From positions 1-41,983 of IMG/VR virus record IMGVR_UViG_3300040734_000097: a DNA stretch of 41,983 nt. The stretch is one strand, 5' to 3'. The stretch's first letter is position 1, and each line of letters opens with the position of its first letter. The position numbers and the translations under genes are program-made. This stretch comes from a virus (taxonomy: Duplodnaviria; Caudoviricetes). The notes beneath the pieces were generated by a model, which saw nothing but the letters and a program-made list of their open reading frames with translations, made no database searches and was not told where the DNA came from. This document shows, one piece after another, positions 27,138 to 34,072 of this stretch.

Positions 27138-28378
27138 GAGTAATGCGACTGGGTGGCTATAACCTGGTAATCAGTTCGGCTGCCGATCTCTTGGACACCA
27201 AGTACAAGCCAGAGCCTGTTGATCTCTCCAAATTGAACAGAGTCGGCAAACAACTGATCTCCAAGGCAGCCGAGACCAAGAAAGTGGTTTCTCAGCCCTA
27301 TTCCATGAGCAATCTGCTCAACCTCCTGGATACAGATGAGTACCACTCCGGCTGTATCGATGCCCTGAATATGGCAACAGTCATGCAGTTCGAATGCAAG
27401 AACAGCCAAGTTAATAGCTGGATCGAGACTGCCGAGTTCCCTGCCTGTGAAGACCAGACCACGATCCTGGCAGAGATGGTGAAGTTCTATCTCGCCTGTG
27501 GTAATGGCTTCCTGATCAAGATGCGTAATGCCCAGGGTGAGTGGATGGGTCTGGAGCGCATGCTTCCTTCTGAAGTGCAGATAGTAGAGAACTATGACGA
27601 GTTCGGCTTCTTTCGACCCAACTACATCCAAGTGAAGAATGACCAGAAGAAGGACTTTGCCTATGCCGATGTGATCCACATCAAGAAGAGCACCCACCGA
27701 TCAAATGCCTGGGGACTGGCTTGCCTGCCTATCGCTATCAATATCGAGATACTCGGCGAGATCAAGACCTTCGACTACAACAACTTCAAGAACGGTCTGA
27801 TGATCGACTACTTCGTGATCGTGGAAGGTGGCACCCTCAGAGACGGAACCGTCACTGACGAAGCTGGCAATGAAGTGCTGACCGATGCCTATACTGAAAT
27901 CGAGAAAGCCTTAACCGAGGTCAAAGGCAATGCCAAGAGCCACTCCACAGTCCTGATCGAGAGTGAGAGCCGGGACGTGAAGATACGCCTCGAACCACTG
28001 CGACAGCAAGACCGGGAAGGCGGCTTCTTAGGGCTCAAGAAAGACCTGAGGGAAGGTATTCTGGCTTATCACCGAGTCCCGGCAAGGATCGTCTCACAGC
28101 TTATCCCCGGGCAGCTTGGTGGCGATAACCGTAGTGACATGGCGATGTTCTACCACTTCGTTGTCAGACCTCTGCAGGAGCGCATTGCTCTCACCCTATC
28201 CATCGAGTTCAATTACGAGTTCAATTGGAACGTAAAGCCTGACGACTTCAACTTCGGTAACCTGACTGAGATACTGCAGAGCGAAGACGAGCAGCTCTTC
28301 ATGCAGAACCGCAACTTCGGAGCAAAGAAAAATATGAAAACAACCTACGAATTATCCAACAACCTATCAACCCTATAA
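27134..28378 (+). CDS. Portal protein, PBSX/P2-like
   Basis: GNGF, DVIHIK, FKNG, ILAYHRVP, V.PLQ motifs; precedes the protease-capsid gene. Confidence 0.82.
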   Translation: MRVMRLGGYNLVISSAADLLDTKYKPEPVDLSKLNRVGKQLISKAAETKKVVSQPYSMSNLLNLLDTDEYHSGCIDALNMATVMQFECKNSQVNSWIETAEFPACEDQTTILAEMVKFYLACGNGFLIKMRNAQGEWMGLERMLPSEVQIVENYDEFGFFRPNYIQVKNDQKKDFAYADVIHIKKSTHRSNAWGLACLPIAINIEILGEIKTFDYNNFKNGLMIDYFVIVEGGTLRDGTVTDEAGNEVLTDAYTEIEKALTEVKGNAKSHSTVLIESESRDVKIRLEPLRQQDREGGFLGLKKDLREGILAYHRVPARIVSQLIPGQLGGDNRSDMAMFYHFVVRPLQERIALTLSIEFNYEFNWNVKPDDFNFGNLTEILQSEDEQLFMQNRNFGAKKNMKTTYELSNNLSTL

Positions 28379-28404
28379 CCTATCACTAACCCTAAGGAGG
28401 TACA

Positions 28405-30144
28405 GTGAATATCTTCGGAAACAAGAGCAAGATCATCCAGAAGGGAGAGCTGCGCAACGTAGAGGTCGAGTTAGTCTCGCTCCTCTTCGGTGAGATGAAC
28501 CCTGCCAATCAGAAGGGCTTTGTGGTCAAGAATGCTTCAGGTAGGAGCTTCGAACACAAGATCAACTCCACCAAGTTCAAGAGTGAGACCAGCGGTACTC
28601 AAGGAAGGCTATATGTCACCCTGATGGAACCGGATGTCCAGGACAGCCAGGGCGACTTCTACTCCCGTGAGGAGATACAGAAAGCCTGTGATCACTTTGC
28701 CAAGCATGGCTTAGTCGGTAAATGCGATGTGAACCACAACATGCGGCCGGTGCCGGAGTTCTCTGTAGTGGAGAACTATATCCTCAAAACTGCTGACAAA
28801 GAGCATTTTCCGGACAGTAAAGTGGGAGCCTGGGTACAGGTACTGAAGTGCGAAAACCTCGGTTCGGAACTCTGGCAGAAAGTCGAGAAAGGCGAGTTCA
28901 AGGGTGTCTCCATCTATGGACGAGCCGATGACTACCGTAATGCGGAAGCCAGTCTGACCGAGATCAAGAATGAGCTCAACAGCCTGCGTAAAGTAGCTGA
29001 GCAGAACAACAACACCGAACTGCAGAAAGGGATTACAGCCATCTCTGTGAAGATAGCCGAGATCGAAAAGAGCAGCGGTAACGTCATGATCGGCGATGCC
29101 ATCCACAGCATCGAGAAGAGCCTGAAAGACCTCTCGGTTACCATGAGCAGGGCTATATCCAAGTCCATACCCGGTGAACCCGATGATAATCACTCCAATG
29201 TGGATAAAGAGGTCACCATCGATGGTAACAAGATAGTAGTTAAGGCAAGCCACCGGGAAATCTACAAAGGTATTTCCGATGTCGATTCAGGCAAAGCCAT
29301 GAACATCCTGACCGCCAATACAACCTCTCTGTTTATCGATGAAGTGATCGGTTCTCAGCCCGGGGATACCCTCTCCGATATCTCGGTCATTCCGTTACTC
29401 AAGGACGAGAAGATCGACGTGGGACTGATTGATGACCTGGTCTTCAAGAATAGTCTCGATGGTGCACTTACCGCTCAGGGTGTCTCCACTGCCGACCTCT
29501 CGGTCCCCACCGGAATACTCAATGCCGAGTTCACCTTAGGCAGGGATGTGGTCGAGTTCTATAAGGACAAGTACGGTGAAGATGCCTTCGGTGCTTATGT
29601 GGAGAACCACATCGCCAAGAAGACCGAGAAAGCCATGCGCCTGCTCCTCTTCAAGGGTGATCGGTCCAGTGGTACTGATAAGCTCAAAGCCCTGAACGGT
29701 ATCATCAAACTCGCCACCACCGCCACCGATGTGACCGATATAGATAACGATACCTACATCACCTTTGCCGAACGCTTTGAAGCGGCTCTGCTTGCCTTCT
29801 CTGATGAGATATTGGAAGAGCAGGAGAGCTTCAAGTTCTATGTCTCCCAGAAAGACCTCATCCGCATCCGTAGCGAGATCGCTAAACGTGAGACTGCTGC
29901 CGGAGACCGTCTCTTACTCGAAGGCGGTAATGTATCCTTTGCCGGTATCCCCGTCAAAGCCAGGCTCATGCCGGATGACTATATCGTGGGTGGTCTGCCC
30001 AAGTTCATCATCATCGGTTATCGCACTGATGCCGAACTCAAGGTGGAACATCATGGTTCGGACTGGAAGTACCACTGGTACATCCGTATCCGTCCCGGGA
30101 TCACCTACATTCCCAATTTTGTAAAGATCTTCCATGTCGTATAA
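28405..30144 (+). CDS. Fused XkdF-like prohead protease, scaffold and major capsid protein
   Basis: VSLL...PANQ, EPD..DSQGD, D.NH, W..V.KGEFKGVSIYG; coiled-coil middle; HK97-fold-like C-terminal half (LFKGD...LNGIIK). Confidence 0.75.
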   Translation: MNIFGNKSKIIQKGELRNVEVELVSLLFGEMNPANQKGFVVKNASGRSFEHKINSTKFKSETSGTQGRLYVTLMEPDVQDSQGDFYSREEIQKACDHFAKHGLVGKCDVNHNMRPVPEFSVVENYILKTADKEHFPDSKVGAWVQVLKCENLGSELWQKVEKGEFKGVSIYGRADDYRNAEASLTEIKNELNSLRKVAEQNNNTELQKGITAISVKIAEIEKSSGNVMIGDAIHSIEKSLKDLSVTMSRAISKSIPGEPDDNHSNVDKEVTIDGNKIVVKASHREIYKGISDVDSGKAMNILTANTTSLFIDEVIGSQPGDTLSDISVIPLLKDEKIDVGLIDDLVFKNSLDGALTAQGVSTADLSVPTGILNAEFTLGRDVVEFYKDKYGEDAFGAYVENHIAKKTEKAMRLLLFKGDRSSGTDKLKALNGIIKLATTATDVTDIDNDTYITFAERFEAALLAFSDEILEEQESFKFYVSQKDLIRIRSEIAKRETAAGDRLLLEGGNVSFAGIPVKARLMPDDYIVGGLPKFIIIGYRTDAELKVEHHGSDWKYHWYIRIRPGITYIPNFVKIFHVV

Positions 30145-30154
30145 GGAGGTACTA

Positions 30155-30541
30155 ATGAAGATCACAGTCTTAGCAATGGTGCTGATAGGCTTTCTCTGTC
30201 TTATCGCCCTTAACCTGTTTGCCCAGTACACCCTGCCTGTGGATAGCCGTAAGATCGCCATCCAGATGAACAAGGGCTTCAGTTGTATGACCTACAGCCC
30301 GGCTGCCGATACTCTCTGGAAAGCCATCGCTGTGCCATCTGGTACAGTGGAGGTAGTTCTTATCCCAGCAACCGGAGGTATTGGTGTGCGAGCCGATAAC
30401 AGCAATGCCAATAACCAATATGCCACTGTTCCGGCAGGAGTACCTATCGTGATTCCCGTTTACAGTCAGAGAACCTTCTATATCCGCAGGGCGGTTGCCG
30501 GAACTGCCAGTGTAGCCAACCTCATCTTCTATAAGCTATAG
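30155..30541 (+). CDS. Small beta-rich protein with Sec signal peptide
   Basis: AAGGAGGT RBS; MKITVLAMVLIGFLCLIALNLFA|Q. Confidence 0.65.
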   Translation: MKITVLAMVLIGFLCLIALNLFAQYTLPVDSRKIAIQMNKGFSCMTYSPAADTLWKAIAVPSGTVEVVLIPATGGIGVRADNSNANNQYATVPAGVPIVIPVYSQRTFYIRRAVAGTASVANLIFYKL

Positions 30542-30561
30542 CCAAAACGTAAGGAGCATAT

Positions 30562-30912
30562 ATGGACTTCATCATCCAAAACCAAGCCTTCATCCTCGGA
30601 CTGCTGACTACCATCATCGTCTGGATCATCTTCCGCATCACGGGCAAGAGCCTGGATAAGACCAAGATCAACTCAGCTCTGGCGATCATCCTGGACATCA
30701 TCCAAGATATCAAGACCAATCCGGCTACCAAGAACCTGGATGACTATGCCAAGAAGCAGTTGGCAGTGGAGCGGGCCACCAAGAGCCTCCCTGCCAAACA
30801 GACCAGTCTGGTCATGAAAGTATTCGGCACTGTGGGAGGAGCTATCGAGTACGTCTTCCACAACCGCAAGTGGCTGTTCAGTATCGGTAAAGCCATCAAG
30901 GGAGTGTTCTGA
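30562..30912 (+). CDS. Putative holin
   Basis: N-terminal TM helix, KKQLAVE and AIE pattern reminiscent of LL-H-type holins; AAGGAG RBS. Confidence 0.55.
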   Translation: MDFIIQNQAFILGLLTTIIVWIIFRITGKSLDKTKINSALAIILDIIQDIKTNPATKNLDDYAKKQLAVERATKSLPAKQTSLVMKVFGTVGGAIEYVFHNRKWLFSIGKAIKGVF

Positions 30913-31457
30913 TGCCTCAGCCCATTCAACCGCCTACCTATCCGACTCCCATGGTGGAGTCGGATATGCTGTTCAATGCCCTGGTTGACGTGATGGTGGC
31001 AGATGATATCTACTTCGGGATAGGCAACTATACTGAAGGCGATATCACCACCCTCTATGCCAATCAAGGCGCAGTCAAGACTGAACTGACCACCAACTTC
31101 GACCTGATGGGAGAACTGGCAGAGAAGCCAGGCAAGACCGACTCCAAGATCACCAAGCTCAAGACCCGTAACTATACCCTGCCAGGTAAGCGAACCAGCA
31201 CTGCTGAACTGACCATCGTGGGTCTGTCCAACAAACAGAAGAACTTCCTGGAAAGCAGTCTGTTCATGGGCAGGAACACCACCATCGTAGTAACCTCCAA
31301 AGGCTTTGACCGGGTGGTGATCTTCAATGGCATGCGCTGGACTGTGGACTGGTCGGGAGAAGCTGACGGACTCTTCTCGGTAGTCATCTCCACCGAGTTC
31401 TCGGGTATCACCAACGGCAAGATCTTTGTCCTCAAAGACATTCCTGCCGGAACCTAA
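30912..31457 (+). CDS. Putative major tail (tube) protein
   Basis: 181-aa beta-rich protein upstream of the frameshifted chaperone; context-based call. Confidence 0.5.
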   Translation: MPQPIQPPTYPTPMVESDMLFNALVDVMVADDIYFGIGNYTEGDITTLYANQGAVKTELTTNFDLMGELAEKPGKTDSKITKLKTRNYTLPGKRTSTAELTIVGLSNKQKNFLESSLFMGRNTTIVVTSKGFDRVVIFNGMRWTVDWSGEADGLFSVVISTEFSGITNGKIFVLKDIPAGT

Positions 31458-31496
31458 CCAATAACAACAGCTAAACTAACAACCAAGGATAAGAAC

Positions 31497-31697
31497 ATGG
31501 ATTGCCAATGTAAACCAGAAATCAAAGACAAGATTGATAGTGTGCATGAAGAGATCTACGGCAACGGAAACAGCAATAACTCATTGGTGACCAGAATGGC
31601 GAGAGTGGAGACGAACATGAAAATACTTCTGGGTGTCTCCACCTCCCAGTTCTTTATGCTGATCGGCGTTGCCATCAAGATGTTCTTCAACCAATAA
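31497..31697 (+). CDS. Small coiled-coil protein with C-terminal TM segment (XhlA/holin-like)
   Basis: GNG...LVTRMARVE followed by a hydrophobic C-terminus; AAGGA RBS. Confidence 0.55.
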   Translation: MDCQCKPEIKDKIDSVHEEIYGNGNSNNSLVTRMARVETNMKILLGVSTSQFFMLIGVAIKMFFNQ

Positions 31698-31709
31698 GGA
31701 CGGCACAAT

Positions 31710-32060
31710 ATGAAAACAGAACCCAAACTGAGCTACAAACAACTGAGACAGATCCTCAGCTTGACCATCTCCAACCAGACACTGAAAGCCAAGTTGGAGG
31801 ACTTCCTCTCCGGCAAGGTGACCAAGGTAACTGAAGTGGAACTCCTCGAACTGATATCACAATCAGAAATCGATAAGGAGCTTATCCGCATCATAGCAGA
31901 AAGAGAACCTGACGAATTGGATGCCATTGAAGCCTTGGAGTACATCTCGGCTTTTTTCGTCTATATCAGAGCCAACAGCGAGAGGTTCAAAAGTTGGCTC
32001 GGGAGTTTCGGATTAGCGGTCAAAGCCAGTCCCGCTACCCCTACGAGAGGTTCGAAATGA
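31710..32060 (+). CDS. Tail assembly chaperone (G-like)
   Basis: Helical 116-aa protein with an in-frame T TTT TTC slippery site at 31952-31958. Confidence 0.65.
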   Translation: MKTEPKLSYKQLRQILSLTISNQTLKAKLEDFLSGKVTKVTEVELLELISQSEIDKELIRIIAEREPDELDAIEALEYISAFFVYIRANSERFKSWLGSFGLAVKASPATPTRGSK

Positions 32061-32161
32061 TCCTGCGAAAACTGGGCTTCACCAATGAAGACTTCGACAG
32101 TCTTACCCTACCTGATTTATACCTGCGGCTCTGTCTTGCCGACCCTAAAGGAGAAGCATAA
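31952..32161 (+). other. -1 frameshift site and extension (GT-like product, about 150 aa)
   Basis: The -1 frame is open from the heptamer to TAA 32159-32161, which overlaps the next ATG. Confidence 0.65.
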
Positions 32162-32922
32162 TGGATGCATTAATCGGATGGATCGGGGGCAAACGTCTCC
32201 TCAGAAAGACTATCTCCCAGTACGTTCCCAAGGACATTACCGGATATATTGAACCATTTGGAGGAGCAGCTTGGATGCTCCTCTACAAAGATAAATGGGG
32301 CGATCTGGAGGTCTATAACGATCTCGACTACCGCCTGGTCAACCTGTTCCTGCAGGTGAAGTATCATCCGGATGAGCTGATCAAGGAACTGGACTGGTTA
32401 GTAGCCAGCCGCAAGCTCTTTGGCGATATCCTCAAGCAGGAAGGCTTAACCGAGATACAGCGGGCCGCCAGGTTCATGTATCTGATCACCCGTAGTTTCG
32501 GAAGCAAGGGTGACAGCTTCGGCACCTCTCAGAAGCGTGGCACCTCCAGTATGTATAACCGTCTGGAACGCATCAAAGAACTGCACAAGCGTTTGGATAT
32601 GGTTATCATAGAGAACCTATCATACGAGAAGGTGATCGAGAAGTATGATACTAAGAGTAACTTCTTTTACTGTGACCCACCTTACATGCTGGGCTATACC
32701 TATGAGAACTCCAAGAAGTTCAGTCATGAAGCCTTACGTGATGTCTTGAAGGGCATCAAAGGACGTTTCATCCTTTCCTATGATGACAACCCGGAAGTTC
32801 TGAAGCTATATAAAGGCTATGACATCAAGCATGTCACCCGAACCAAGGGCATCAACCGCAAGGAAGGTAAGTCCGAGTTCAATGAAGTGATCATCGCCAA
32901 CTTCCCTCTGGAGGTGCAATGA
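32161..32922 (+). CDS. Dam/D12-class DNA adenine methyltransferase 1
   Basis: WIGGK, EPFGG, VYND and YCDPPY motifs. Confidence 0.9.
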   Translation: MDALIGWIGGKRLLRKTISQYVPKDITGYIEPFGGAAWMLLYKDKWGDLEVYNDLDYRLVNLFLQVKYHPDELIKELDWLVASRKLFGDILKQEGLTEIQRAARFMYLITRSFGSKGDSFGTSQKRGTSSMYNRLERIKELHKRLDMVIIENLSYEKVIEKYDTKSNFFYCDPPYMLGYTYENSKKFSHEALRDVLKGIKGRFILSYDDNPEVLKLYKGYDIKHVTRTKGINRKEGKSEFNEVIIANFPLEVQ

Positions 32923-33695
32923 ACAGCATCATCTCCTGGGTAGGTGGCAAGCGTCTCCTCCGCAAGAAGATACTGCCCCTGATCCCCAAGCATGACATTT
33001 ACTGCGAAGTCTTTGGCGGTGCTGCCTGGATACTATTCGGGAAATCACCCGATAAGGAAGATTGGCAGACAGGACCTAAAAGCAGATACACCGAAGTCTA
33101 TAATGACATCAATGGTGATCTGGTCAACTTCTGGAGATACATAAAACAGCACCCGGAAGCGTTTGTGACCGAGTTGAACCAATACTTGGTATCAAGGGAG
33201 ATGTTCGATAGTTTCACCCAACATGAGCCCAGAACCGAACTTGAACGAGCTATACGTTTCTACATGCAATTATCCTGCAGCTACGGCTCAAGATCAAAAA
33301 ACTTCTGCATCATGCAGGGCTACAAATACATGCCACTGCGAAACCTGGAAAAGGTTAAAGCAGCCTCGGAACGACTCAAACAGGTAATCATCGAAAAGCA
33401 GGACTTTGAGAAGCTCATTACCCGTTTCGATACACCTAATACCTTCTTCTACTTAGACCCACCCTACTATACAAAGGAGCATTTATACGACAGAGAAGAC
33501 GCAGATGCTTTTACCAAGCATGAAGAGCTGGCAGCCATCCTGAAGCAGATCAAAGGTAAGTTCCTGTTATCCTACAATAACGACCCTTATATCCGCACAC
33601 ACTACCAAGGCTTCACCATTGAGGAAGTCGAAGCGCAATACACCGTCTCCGGTGCTTTTCAGACTGAGACAGAGTTGTTGATTAGGAACTTCTGA
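32919..33695 (+). CDS. Dam/D12-class DNA adenine methyltransferase 2
   Basis: WVGGK, EVFGG, VYND and YLDPPY motifs; ATGA overlap with MTase 1. Confidence 0.9.
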   Translation: MNSIISWVGGKRLLRKKILPLIPKHDIYCEVFGGAAWILFGKSPDKEDWQTGPKSRYTEVYNDINGDLVNFWRYIKQHPEAFVTELNQYLVSREMFDSFTQHEPRTELERAIRFYMQLSCSYGSRSKNFCIMQGYKYMPLRNLEKVKAASERLKQVIIEKQDFEKLITRFDTPNTFFYLDPPYYTKEHLYDREDADAFTKHEELAAILKQIKGKFLLSYNNDPYIRTHYQGFTIEEVEAQYTVSGAFQTETELLIRNF

Positions 33696-33704
33696 GATGT
33701 TGTA

Positions 33705-33989
33705 CTACACTCTTTCCAGTATTTTTGAAGTGCCTTTGACGAAGTTCTTTCTCAATACATACTTCATCTCTGCTTCAATATGAGCTTGCAAATTGTAGAA
33801 TTGGAGTTCCGTTCCCCTTGTGAGCATGTAATCTCTCATTGCGGCTTCGAATTCAGATTTAGTCACTTTTTCCTTATTTGCAGCTTTCACCATTTCTTCT
33901 GCTCTTTCTTTGTCACGTTTTACACCTGCGTAACTTAAGTTTCTTTGAAACGGTCCAAAGCAACCAGGGATGAGTTCTTTCCACGACAT
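33705..33989 (-). CDS. Hypothetical moron protein
   Basis: Antisense, AT-rich, GAGGT RBS before ATG 33989, with its own promoter. Confidence 0.6.
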   Translation of the reverse strand: MSWKELIPGCFGPFQRNLSYAGVKRDKERAEEMVKAANKEKVTKSEFEAAMRDYMLTRGTELQFYNLQAHIEAEMKYVLRKNFVKGTSKILERV

Positions 33990-34019
33990 TGTGATACCTC
34001 TCTTTCTATGTTTGAGTTT

Positions 34020-34048
34020 TCTATAATGCATATTTTTTGCTTTGTCAA
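34020..34048 (-). promoter_or_regulatory. Putative sigma70 promoter of the moron
   Basis: TTGACA-17-TATAGA on the minus strand. Confidence 0.6.
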
Positions 34049-34072
34049 TAACTATTTTCGCTTAAGGAAACT

